Of a stretch of 64,000 nt of DNA, positions 10,153 through 19,167 are shown piece by piece. Origin of the DNA: Escherichia coli (GTDB taxonomy: Bacteria; Pseudomonadota; Gammaproteobacteria; Enterobacterales; Enterobacteriaceae); assembly GCA_025336685.1 (NCBI GenBank), contig GCA_025336685.1_4717.1; one strand, written 5' to 3'. Every line of letters begins with the position of its first letter. Position 1 is the stretch's first letter. Position numbers and translations under genes: made by a program. Under the pieces are notes generated by a model. That model saw only the letters and a program-made list of their open reading frames with translations. It did not search any database and was not told the origin of the DNA.

Positions 10153-10934
10153 CAGAATTCCTCTAAATCGCTGCTGCTAATAGTCCCCGTCGTAGACGAC
10201 ATGTTTCTACTGCTCGCCGACGCTGTTGTTGCGGATGTTCTGGCTAGATTCAATCCATTTAATAACCCGCGCTCTTTTACCGTACGACGCGAACCATCAC
10301 GAACATCGTAAAGAGGTACGTTGTAATGGTCAAAAATCCGAAGCCATTGCACGTAATCAGCAACAACATGGTCTTTGCTTTCATTCGGAGCAAAGCGATC
10401 GAGCTGATGGTCAACATACGCTTTTGCGCTTTCAGGATTGAAGTTATACTGTCGACGTGCTTTATCCACCATCGCGAGGAAACATGTGTTGGGGTCACGA
10501 TTGATGTATGAACGCGTCCGGATAAAGATAGCCGGTACCGTAAACAGAACCTTGTTGTTATTCCCGTCAGTGACAATATTAACGGCACGATGTGGCTGAC
10601 CTGCTATCTTACACCAATCATGGACAATGGTGCTATTACTCAACATCTCCGCGTATTCAGGATCCTGAGAAAACATTCCTGCGAACGGATACAAGAAATG
10701 TTTAACAAACAGCGATTCGGGCAGGATGTTGGGACGCGTCATCTCCTGTAAACCTTTTCGTAGAAGCTCGCTGTTGTCTACCAGCTCCTGCCACATGTCC
10801 GGTCGTGTTTTCGGGATGGACGGATCCTGAGCGCGACGAATGCGTTCTTCTTCATTTACAACCACTACCCCGGCCGGATACCCCAATAAATCCGTTCCTT
10901 CGCTAACGTTGCTGTTAGTTTGGTGCGCCTTCAT
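10152..10934 (-). CDS. hypothetical protein (260 aa)
   Basis: ORF abutting the phosphoesterase gene (start/stop overlap); no motif recognised. Confidence 0.5.
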   Translation of the reverse strand: MKAHQTNSNVSEGTDLLGYPAGVVVVNEEERIRRAQDPSIPKTRPDMWQELVDNSELLRKGLQEMTRPNILPESLFVKHFLYPFAGMFSQDPEYAEMLSNSTIVHDWCKIAGQPHRAVNIVTDGNNNKVLFTVPAIFIRTRSYINRDPNTCFLAMVDKARRQYNFNPESAKAYVDHQLDRFAPNESKDHVVADYVQWLRIFDHYNVPLYDVRDGSRRTVKERGLLNGLNLARTSATTASASSRNMSSTTGTISSSDLEEF

Positions 10935-11322
10935 TTACTTCCTCCTGCCACTTGACAAAATTACCACGCTCGGATCGCAGAACACCGCCCAAATCGTACG
11001 ATATACCTTTCTCTGTGACAATCCCGCCAATCTGGAGATCGACACGTTCCGTCGTCGGATCGATATACTTGACACGGACTTTCAATTCCACACGATCGTA
11101 ATAACGCATTAAATAATCATACAACATCCGGTATGTCGCATCTTCCAATTTGGGTGCGCTATACTGCGATGTTGCAATGAGGTACGGTAGTGAAACGATG
11201 GAACCTTGATAGCAATACGACTGGGAATGATTCGATATTGCGAAATTGGTCATTAACCCATCCAGCTTTTTTCCCGACGCGGTTAAAAAGCTCGACAGTC
11301 CAGGTAACGGATTCGATGCCAT
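10915..11322 (-). CDS. hypothetical protein (135 aa)
   Basis: ORF in operon context. Confidence 0.4.
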   Translation of the reverse strand: MASNPLPGLSSFLTASGKKLDGLMTNFAISNHSQSYCYQGSIVSLPYLIATSQYSAPKLEDATYRMLYDYLMRYYDRVELKVRVKYIDPTTERVDLQIGGIVTEKGISYDLGGVLRSERGNFVKWQEEVNEGAPN

Positions 11323-11335
11323 GAGGAACTCCTCT

Positions 11336-11785
11336 TTAAGCGTAATTCATTCCAACCAATCTATCGTAGTTAGGCATATGCCCTAACTTCAGTTCGATAG
11401 GCATGGATACGTTGGTGCGCGGTGCGTAAAATGTTCGCGTATGCATATCGATATACCCACAGTCCAAATAAACAATATCGGACAACTCTGCCGGATGTTT
11501 AGGTGTGGGAATCTTTAGTCGATTATAACACTCGAGCTGCCACCAGGCATGAAAAAAGTTATTGTAAGCGTACGATTTACTGTTGGCAACTTTAAGTCCG
11601 TAGACCACCCATAACGCCGCCATGAAGTTGGTTGCGTTAATTCGCATCGGTTGTTCATTATTGAGCATGTACGTGTAGGTAAACAAGGGCGTGTTACCAT
11701 CACCGAAACGTCCGACCAAGGTATTGTTTGTGCGTTCGACCTCAAAGGAAAAATGCTGGCTGCTATTACCATCAAAATGAATCAT
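11336..11785 (-). CDS. hypothetical protein (149 aa)
   Basis: ORF in operon context. Confidence 0.45.
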   Translation of the reverse strand: MIHFDGNSSQHFSFEVERTNNTLVGRFGDGNTPLFTYTYMLNNEQPMRINATNFMAALWVVYGLKVANSKSYAYNNFFHAWWQLECYNRLKIPTPKHPAELSDIVYLDCGYIDMHTRTFYAPRTNVSMPIELKLGHMPNYDRLVGMNYA

Positions 11786-11902
11786 TCTGTTCTCCCCAAG
11801 CTTTTCATTTCATAGAGTGGTGGAAATTCGTAGAAAGTTACAAAAATAAAAAGAATGGGTAGTCCCTCCCCACCCGAAGGTAGGGAGAGACCACAGATGT
11901 AT

Positions 11903-12367
11903 TTAAACCAATGCTGCGATAACGTCGTTAACATTACGACCACGCAACTCTGCCGCCAAACGAATAACTTCATCCAGGGAACGGTTTGTACGAATCTTAG
12001 CTACTTTCCAATTTTCAGGATACTGTTCGAAGTTAAGTAACCAAGTCATTACCTTTGCTTGTTCCACACCGTTGAGTTTGATTGTCGTGCGTGGATTGGC
12101 TTTGAACCACTTCTTGCTCAGCTGTGCCATACGGCGAACAGGGTAAGCGTAAGCGCGAGTCCAATCTTTGGACAGATTGTCGAGTAACTCACGGTAGCTG
12201 CTATCGTAGTCTTTGTTGATACGACGTAATAACCAGTTGGCGGTCATCTGATAGAGTTTATCATCTTCGCGTAACCGCATCCCTGCTACTGCTAAATAAA
12301 CGATAAGACCTGCACCCATGATGAGAGACAGGATAAACAGAACTTGGGTTTCTTGTGCTAAAGTCAT
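11903..12367 (-). CDS. hypothetical membrane-anchored protein (154 aa)
   Basis: N-terminal hydrophobic segment VLFILSLIMGAGLIVYLAVAG followed by a charged domain; first gene after a TATATTAC promoter. Confidence 0.5.
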   Translation of the reverse strand: MTLAQETQVLFILSLIMGAGLIVYLAVAGMRLREDDKLYQMTANWLLRRINKDYDSSYRELLDNLSKDWTRAYAYPVRRMAQLSKKWFKANPRTTIKLNGVEQAKVMTWLLNFEQYPENWKVAKIRTNRSLDEVIRLAAELRGRNVNDVIAALV

Positions 12368-12459
12368 TTTACTATCCTCGGATTTCGTTAGGATTTGATT
12401 TCCAATATAAGGACAATGTGATATGCCTTATACAGTCGATTGATGTTGTACATCACTTA

Positions 12460-12477
12460 AGTAATATAGCCGTGAAA
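12460..12477 (-). promoter_or_regulatory. phage promoter, minus-strand tttcacgGCTATATTACT
   Basis: Plus-strand gtaatata at 12461-12468, about 94 nt upstream of the 11903-12367 start; matches the extended consensus. Confidence 0.6.
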
Positions 12478-12486
12478 AATGTTGGA

Positions 12487-13302
12487 TTAACGTGTTCTCC
12501 TATCACGATGCGTATACGACTGAAGACCGATGTCCATATGCGGTAACGTCAGCGTCTGCCAGATCTGTCGTGCATAGCGATCGAGCGTATGATCGTCAGT
12601 AACACAATCGACCGGTTCGATGAGGTGCGTCGTATACTGGCTTTTCTCGGAGAAAGGTTCTATGTTAGCGGTGTCCCCTAATCCGCTTTTCACCGTGAAG
12701 ACGAGACGAGTAATTATCATCGCCTTATGCTGCTGTTCATTATAGCGAAGGCTACGATATACGGCATAGCTCCCCCCTTTTAAGCTTCGGGTATAACGAA
12801 GGTCGGAGGTCGTCTCGGAAATCTGATACAGCATCCAATCCAACGTATCTCGCCAGTACGCATCATCCACATCAGGAACCGTGATACCATAACGCGTAGG
12901 CAGCAGTTCTAAAAGCAATTTATAAAGTCCTCGACGCAGACCATGCTCTTCTGTTTCAGACAAACCGTGTCCAACGTAACGTGAGATACGCGTACGTAAA
13001 TACGTACGGATGAACATATTTGTCATCAGTGATTTCGCGCTACTACTGGTATCCTCAAAGCGATCAACACTGAAACTCGTTTCAATCGGCTGCCCATTAA
13101 AGTACAATGCGGCAACATACATCGCATTACTGCTATCTCGTTCAATGTTTAAACGCCCGCAGATATTGGCTGCGTCGTTCATGGTAAATTCTAACTTATC
13201 GTGTTCGATACGATAGATAATATCCTCTTGGGTTGCTAAGCTCGCAATGCGACGATAACCCGGAGAAGTGCGTTTTACACCCATGATTGTCCTCGTTTTC
13301 AA
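12487..13302 (-). CDS. hypothetical protein (271 aa)
   Basis: ORF; no motif recognised. Confidence 0.5.
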   Translation of the reverse strand: MKTRTIMGVKRTSPGYRRIASLATQEDIIYRIEHDKLEFTMNDAANICGRLNIERDSSNAMYVAALYFNGQPIETSFSVDRFEDTSSSAKSLMTNMFIRTYLRTRISRYVGHGLSETEEHGLRRGLYKLLLELLPTRYGITVPDVDDAYWRDTLDWMLYQISETTSDLRYTRSLKGGSYAVYRSLRYNEQQHKAMIITRLVFTVKSGLGDTANIEPFSEKSQYTTHLIEPVDCVTDDHTLDRYARQIWQTLTLPHMDIGLQSYTHRDRRTR

Positions 13303-13325
13303 TTTAAGATTACATGCAGCATAAA

Positions 13326-13350
13326 CCCTCCCCGCATAAGGCAGGGAGGG
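13326..13350. terminator. GC-rich stem-loop CCCTCCC-N11-GGGAGGG
   Basis: Inverted repeat between the 13366-14004 stop and the 12487-13302 start. Confidence 0.5.
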
Positions 13351-13365
13351 TAGCCATTGAATAGA

Positions 13366-14004
13366 TTAACCTAATTTACCACCGGCGATATTGGTGAAAT
13401 CTTCGCCATCAGGAACTTGCAGTAGAATACGTGCCATGTCCCAGTTGGTTAATGTGATTGCTTTATCATCGATACTCAGTTCTGGTAGGTCGAGTTCATG
13501 ATCATCAAACTCGTAGGAAATACTCCACGTTTCATCTGTTTTAGGATCCGTCATCAATACACCGTCTGTCACACGCATGTAGTCCGGATGCAGTTCATTA
13601 CTGAACGTACTGAACGGATCGGTGTAACATTCAGCATACCCCTCGATCTGCTGACGCTGTGCCTTCGTACGTAATTCAGGGCACGCCATGATCAGTTGTC
13701 GAGATATGCCGTTTGCAGCACGGAAGTCTTCCACAGTGTTACATGGCATAACCACATCGTCATGGAAGATGTTCTCCGATTGTCTCAACAGCGTCTTACG
13801 GAGTTCAGCATAGTTTATCTGATTGAATGCATCGAACGTTGCTAACGATTCAGCGTAAAAATGCTTTACGTGTTCGCTTGCGCCACCGAGACTATTCATC
13901 AACTTATGGCCGTACTCCATAAAGCTTTTATCGAGACCGGAGGACATTTCTCCGAACCTCAGTGCACGATAACTGTCTCGTCCACCTGTAAATATTTGCG
14001 CCAT
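13366..14004 (-). CDS. hypothetical protein with RNA polymerase beta 'region I'-like motif (possible small beta C-terminal fragment)
   Basis: N-terminus FTGGRDSYRALRFGEMSSG resembles the universal beta motif GG...RFGEME. Gene starts 13 nt after the beta-prime exon-2 stop with an AGGAGG RBS. Confidence 0.4.
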   Translation of the reverse strand: MAQIFTGGRDSYRALRFGEMSSGLDKSFMEYGHKLMNSLGGASEHVKHFYAESLATFDAFNQINYAELRKTLLRQSENIFHDDVVMPCNTVEDFRAANGISRQLIMACPELRTKAQRQQIEGYAECYTDPFSTFSNELHPDYMRVTDGVLMTDPKTDETWSISYEFDDHELDLPELSIDDKAITLTNWDMARILLQVPDGEDFTNIAGGKLG

Positions 14005-14019
14005 TACAGGCGTCCTCCT

Positions 14020-14257
14020 TTAGCAATGGTTGTTAGTTGCTTCTATTTCATCAAGATACGGTTCTACGTCATCGCCCTCCACGAATTCGTTGAACCAACA
14101 GTCAATGGTAGAAATAACCGGTGACTGGTGTTCACATTTCTTAGATACCTTAAAAGGCACGTTATTATCCATCATACCGAGTTCGGGTCGAAAACGCCCG
14201 AAATGTTTCGCAGTCCAAATGTCTGGGACGATATGGTTGTTCATCGCGTCCCCATCG
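14020..14257 (-). CDS. RNA polymerase beta-prime-like subunit, exon 2 (begins DGDAMNNHIVP...)
   Basis: The reading frame of listed ORF 14020-14244 extends upstream to ...C GAT GGG GAC GCG ATG, encoding DGDAMNNHIVPD (cf. beta-prime NADFDGDQMAVHVP). Joining to exon 1 (ending ...GAC TT) restores NADF-DGD in frame. Confidence 0.7.
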
Positions 14258-15669
14258 CTTCAGTTTAATTTGGTCGAACGTATTCCAATTTCAATCCATG
14301 CCAATCACCGCCTTTACTAATAGCGGTACTTATCGTAGTCGGATGCACTTTATGTTCTTCAGCAAGGGCGAATCTATCAGGATAGACTTTATGTGTACCA
14401 TCCTCAAACACCACCTTTACTGGGAACCTTTGTAATCCACCAGTTTTTGGTCTAGGCTCTTTAGGAATATATTTACATTCGTTCACATCGCCAGGATAAT
14501 TCCTTGTCCACCATGCTTTCCAACCGTTTCTGGAAAACATCTTATCTCCATGACATAAGCTATGACTTAATGTCGCATAGCTCACTCCCACCATTGTTGC
14601 CGCCATTACGGTACTTTCCATGTGATACTTGTCTCCATCGGGCGATATTAAAACCAACCCGCCGTAAATAACATACGACTTACCGGCATCTTCGGATGTG
14701 AAACCGACAAATTCCATTCCGTGGGTAGCCGCATCGTAATATTTCATCAACGGCCATTGTCGTGTAGTACGGAACCATTTTGAAATCTGGGTGTGTGGGA
14801 TACCGTAACACTTAGCCGCATCGCGCATACTGTAATGTTCGGTTATCTCGCCAGTTCTCAAATCCTTTATCCATACTGTTTTAGCTTTCCAGTTCAAGCC
14901 CGTACGATAGGCATGGTACGTATTTTGGGATTGACTCGTCCATTCAAGATTATCCAAGCGGTTGTTATCTTTAACTCCGTCAAGATGGTTACCTACTAAC
15001 ATTGATCCCTCAGGCAGCATAGGTTTTTCACGAAAGGTGGATAAAACAACATGATGAGCTGCTATATCTCTACCTTCATGTCTGACCCTTACATATCCTA
15101 ATACGTTAGTTTTTCCTACTTCCTCTCCAGTATAGGCATCTATAATGACACCCTCCACAGAAGCGGCAAGTCCGGGATAATCTTTACAATGGTAAAATCC
15201 TGGGAATTTTGTCTCTCTAAGTTTCATCTTCTCTCCGCTATCGGCCAACAGAGAGAAAACGTTCCTCGGAGGCCGACGTTTTCAAATTAAACTACGTTAT
15301 CGACTATATCTTCATCCTCATTGCGAGGAGTCTCCCGTTTGGGTCTGTGTTTAACAGAGCCTACTCTACTCGACATCGCGTCTTTCGATAGTCTGTGAGC
15401 ACACATCTTAACGAACATTCGTGGACTCCTAAACAGGTGAACATTCTTGTTAAGATGCTTCGCTGCGGGTTATTCCCGTCCTACCTCTTTTACCATACCC
15501 AGTTCATTACGCTGGCCCTCATCTATGTCGCCACGATGAGTTGGTGTGTAGTCCGATTACAGAAACTTCCCGTCAATTAGAGAGTTTTAACTATGTTCCT
15601 GTTACCAGAAACCCGACTCCGATGATATCAATAAATCAACGTAAGTTATTGATTTAATTGAAGAAACTG
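14258..15669 (-). mobile_element. group I intron (about 1.4 kb) with HNH endonuclease ORF in its 3' part, interrupting the beta-prime-like gene
   Basis: Minus-strand core elements: P/Q-like GGACGGGAATAACCCGCAGCG (plus 15461-15482), R-like GCTCACAGACTATCG (plus 15386-15399), S-like AAGATATAGTCG (plus 15301-15312). The 5' exon ends in U, the intron ends in G, and splicing yields a perfect NADFDGD. Confidence 0.75.
14265..15248 (-). CDS. intron-encoded HNH homing endonuclease
   Basis: HNH motif HHVVLSTF...VGNHLDGVKDNNRLDNLEWTSQSQN plus helix-turn-helix-like repeats (YGIPHTQISKWF, MVGVSYATLSHSL); sits inside the intron; TTG start with an in-frame ATG 7 codons downstream. Confidence 0.85.
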   Translation of the reverse strand: MADSGEKMKLRETKFPGFYHCKDYPGLAASVEGVIIDAYTGEEVGKTNVLGYVRVRHEGRDIAAHHVVLSTFREKPMLPEGSMLVGNHLDGVKDNNRLDNLEWTSQSQNTYHAYRTGLNWKAKTVWIKDLRTGEITEHYSMRDAAKCYGIPHTQISKWFRTTRQWPLMKYYDAATHGMEFVGFTSEDAGKSYVIYGGLVLISPDGDKYHMESTVMAATMVGVSYATLSHSLCHGDKMFSRNGWKAWWTRNYPGDVNECKYIPKEPRPKTGGLQRFPVKVVFEDGTHKVYPDRFALAEEHKVHPTTISTAISKGGDWHGLKLEYVRPN

Positions 15670-16925
15670 AAGTCGGCATTGTATCCCTTAAGGATCATCA
15701 CGCTTAACCCGATGGTGTTATCCTGCGGATCGCGTTTAACCTTGGTGATTTCAAGACATTGGTTACTGCTTCGGTCAAGTGATGGGTTTCGAACAAAACC
15801 ACACACAATCCCATCGAACGGTGTATCGGCAATAAGCTCATCGTGTAGCTCGCTCATCATCGGGTGGTAATTACGGACATGTTCCGCAACGAACGCACGT
15901 GCTGCTCTTGGTGAATAACCACGATGGAATAACTTGGATTGGATGTGTTCTTTATTGGTTAATGTAAATGGCGCGTATGGGAAATGCAGATGATAATAAC
16001 GATGGTTCGCTGTTATCGAACTGATTACGGTACGCGTGGTGAATGGGTGTAATGTACCTAATATGTTTTTACGCGTGATACCTTTCTTCTTACCGATGAA
16101 CTCATCGAAAATCGCCGAGTGGTACTGCAGCAGCTTCAGTTGTACTTTCGCCATCCAGTTTTCTTTCTTTCTGGCGCTCAAAGGTGTTGTTGGGTGATAG
16201 ATACTATTCAATGTGCCGATAGCATCGATCGCACCTTCCATTTTGCTATCTGCATAACGGCCGGTCGGTGTATTTTCGATAACGAACATCATGGCCGCAG
16301 GAAAGCTGATATACTGGCTGAAGAACTTATCACGATGGATACGGATGAATTCTCGTAGCGTGTCAACTTTCTCTGTGTTCTTCGGTCCACGTAACGTAGG
16401 TCCTTTATACAAGATCTCCATGATGCGATCGAAGTTCTGTATAAAGCTATTTACGCCACGTCGTATCCCGAATACATCGAATTGCTGCTCCAGATAGTTC
16501 TTGAGTTCGATGGGTCGTTTTACATTTGGACGGTAACTGGCATCAATGAGCCACGTCATCGTTTCGAAGCTTTTGATATTCAACTCGCTTGCCAGCACGA
16601 GATGGACCAACGGGTTAATGAACGCATCGATTCCTTCAGGGACACGCGCCCAGACCGTCGAACGAATCTCCTGTTCTGCTGGGTAGGTCACAACCGTTTT
16701 ACAGTTTGGACACACCGTGCCGAGCAGCTCACCACGATTGTAAAAACCGCATCCACATTGCGGTGTGATATCCAACGTATCGCTGGAGTAAACACGGGTG
16801 ATAAAACTGTTTAATTTCTTCTTCTCTTCGACGACTTTTGTATCGTAATCGTTCAACAAAATCGGCGTAAAGGGAAGTTCTGCGAGCTGTCTATCGAAAC
16901 TCACGATATCGAGCATGATGGCCAT
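15670..16925 (-). CDS. RNA polymerase beta-prime-like subunit, exon 1 (zinc-finger N-terminus through NADF)
   Basis: CGCGFYNRGELLGTVCPNCKTVV matches the beta-prime zinc-binding motif (E. coli [23 protein letters not shown]); GKKKGITRKNILGTLHPFTTRTVIS matches [24 protein letters not shown]; the listed ORF ends ...KGYNADF followed by SFFN-stop, which is the start of the intron. Confidence 0.8.
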
Positions 16926-16967
16926 GGGACATCTCCTACAAATGAAAAAGAACGTTAGGACGTATAA

Positions 16968-16991
16968 GGGAGGGAGGTTGCCCTCCCTCCC
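16968..16991. terminator. strong GC hairpin GGGAGGGAGG-loop-CCTCCCTCCC downstream of the 17018-18913 gene
   Basis: 10-bp perfect stem with a 4-nt loop, 27 nt after the stop codon, followed on the minus strand by a T-rich stretch. Confidence 0.55.
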
Positions 16992-17017
16992 GTCAGATTA
17001 CATCGAACGTTCTTCCA

Positions 17018-18913
17018 TTAGAACAGGTTGAATGCCCCACCCATGTTGTTACCGCCAACATTCGGACGATCGCTACGTGCATAGATGTTGCCGGAGATGT
17101 TACCCAGACCACGAGCACGTGCTGCTGTGTTACCACGAACAGCGGTACCTGCCAGATGCTGGATGTTCTCAGGACGGATGGTGAAGCCAGCTTCGGCAGC
17201 CGCTTCAATCAATGCCGCAAGCGCATTCGGTTCGAAATCGTAACGCATTGCCCAACCGGTTTGTTCCCAGCTACCAGACAGAACGCGATCGATGATTTCG
17301 TGACGAGCAACAACACGCTGAGACATCGACATATCGGTACGGTCGAAGCTGTCTTCCCAAGCTTCTACGGTATCCGGGTTAGTGATGTTCATCATGTACA
17401 GATCGTCCATATCACGAATATCGTGACGGTGGCCATCCTGGTGGTTGTAGTGACCCAGCGGGATACGGTTACCGGTAGCGTACACTAACGGCTGGCCGTA
17501 TTGATATTTCTTGCTGAAGCAACCCAGGGTGGTATCATCGAATGCACGATAGAGTGCTTTATAGCCTTCGGAGATTTCTTGAACTTTACCGTCAACGTTG
17601 CCCGTAAAGATCTTCTCAGCTGCAGGGATCATACGCAGCAACCAGCTATATTCACCTTCTTCCGGTACATCGATAGAAATCAGCAGAGACGGATACAGTA
17701 CCTGTTGCAGGAACTTGTAAATCTGCTCGTTGGTTTGAGTAGACAGATCCAGCGGTGCGGTAACTTCCGGATCCAGTACCATTGCCAGAGCACCCGGGTT
17801 ATGAGGACCGATGCCACGAGCAGCGTTGCTGATTAAAGACTGTGCCCACGCCATACCGCTGTTCAGCGTAGCGATGGTACCAATCAGACCTAACACGAAA
17901 GTGTTCGGAGTGAACGCATCCAGCTCCAGCGGGTAAGCGCTGGTCATCACGTAACGCGGCTGGTATTGTACAGTCGGCGGTACCGGATAACCGTTAACCA
18001 GAACAGGACCTTGGTTGAAGGTCGGGTTCTGCGGGCTGTAGGTCAGGTCAATGTAACCAGTGGTTGCGACCAGGCGCTGTTGACTATCGTAATCGCTCAT
18101 CGCTTGACGGATACGGTTAGAGATAGTTACAGTGATGTCAGAACGTACTGGGTTACCGACGATATCGCTGTCCTGCATACCGCTGGTGTTGTACTGAACG
18201 CTGCTGATCGGCTGATCGCTTGCCATCATGCCCAGGTTGAACTGCGGCAGGCCCAGTTTATCGCCGAGACGGATTTCGATCGCGGTTTGGATTGCGTTAT
18301 CTGCAGCAGACAACAGGGTGGTTGCCAGATGTGCAGATTCAGCGGTGATTTCATTGGTCACCACAGCCAGACCGGCGATACGAACAGTACCATTAGCCTT
18401 ACCACCAATAGCCGCATACATTGCCGCCATGACTTCGTTGATGAACGTGCCGTTCAGGTTATCAACCCAGGTACGTGGTACCAGAATGTTACCATGCGGA
18501 CCTTGTTCTTCACGACGCGGCAGCGGAGCCAAACCGGCAACCAGCGGAAGCACATAACCGAAGAAGTGGTTATGGTCACCAACTTTTGCACCGCTCATAA
18601 CAACCAGGGTCGGATACGGTACACTGTACTGGTTAGGATCGACGGTCACCATGATGAAGTCGTCTTTGAATCCTTTATCTTCCAGTTCTTTTTCCATCAG
18701 ACGGCGGAGATTCAGTACCTGCTCGGAGCCAGTATTACGGCTAATACGACGGCTCAGTGTACGGTTGATCGTACGCATCGTATGAGTTACTTTAGGCTGG
18801 CCAGCAAAATCTGCAGCGGTTTCCAGCGCCTCATCAGCACGTTGTGCGGTGCGGGTTTCAGCTGCACGAATTTCTACATTATCGTTACCGTTATTACGTA
18901 CGTCTAAGCCCAT
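17018..18913 (-). CDS. chmA: candidate phage nucleus shell protein (chimallin-like), 631 aa; alternative: major virion protein
   Basis: Size typical of chimallin; stand-alone gene bracketed by a TATATTAC promoter (73 nt upstream) and a strong hairpin; flexible N-terminal region and G/N-rich C-terminal tail ending ...GGNNMGGAFNLF; PhuZ present in the same genome. No direct sequence confirmation. Confidence 0.4.
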   Translation of the reverse strand: MGLDVRNNGNDNVEIRAAETRTAQRADEALETAADFAGQPKVTHTMRTINRTLSRRISRNTGSEQVLNLRRLMEKELEDKGFKDDFIMVTVDPNQYSVPYPTLVVMSGAKVGDHNHFFGYVLPLVAGLAPLPRREEQGPHGNILVPRTWVDNLNGTFINEVMAAMYAAIGGKANGTVRIAGLAVVTNEITAESAHLATTLLSAADNAIQTAIEIRLGDKLGLPQFNLGMMASDQPISSVQYNTSGMQDSDIVGNPVRSDITVTISNRIRQAMSDYDSQQRLVATTGYIDLTYSPQNPTFNQGPVLVNGYPVPPTVQYQPRYVMTSAYPLELDAFTPNTFVLGLIGTIATLNSGMAWAQSLISNAARGIGPHNPGALAMVLDPEVTAPLDLSTQTNEQIYKFLQQVLYPSLLISIDVPEEGEYSWLLRMIPAAEKIFTGNVDGKVQEISEGYKALYRAFDDTTLGCFSKKYQYGQPLVYATGNRIPLGHYNHQDGHRHDIRDMDDLYMMNITNPDTVEAWEDSFDRTDMSMSQRVVARHEIIDRVLSGSWEQTGWAMRYDFEPNALAALIEAAAEAGFTIRPENIQHLAGTAVRGNTAARARGLGNISGNIYARSDRPNVGGNNMGGAFNLF

Positions 18914-18984
18914 TTGGGATTCCTCTTTTCTTAACCTTTATTAAATGACGTCATTGAATCAGCTTCTACTCGCTCATTCACCTA

Positions 18985-19002
18985 GGTAATATAACCCTGA
19001 AA
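18985..19002 (-). promoter_or_regulatory. phage promoter, minus-strand tttcaggGTTATATTACC
   Basis: Plus-strand gtaatata at 18986-18993, about 73 nt upstream of the 17018-18913 start; matches the extended consensus. Confidence 0.6.
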
Positions 19003-19167
19003 TTTTTTTCAATATTGGTGTAACCGCATTGAACGATATAAACCCCTAGGCGAACGCTGCCGAGAAGCAACATTCTTTCTACATATAATCAGGATATGTC
19101 TGTAAACTTTTACTTCTCTTATTGAGAGTAATGTCATATCCGTTTACCATCTTCTTACGGAGTTCGT

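Noticed and set aside
17966-18907. 313-aa plus-strand ORF
   Set aside because: Lies entirely antisense within the 17018-18913 gene, has unusual composition (Cys/Arg/Thr-rich) and no RBS; treated as an antisense artefact.
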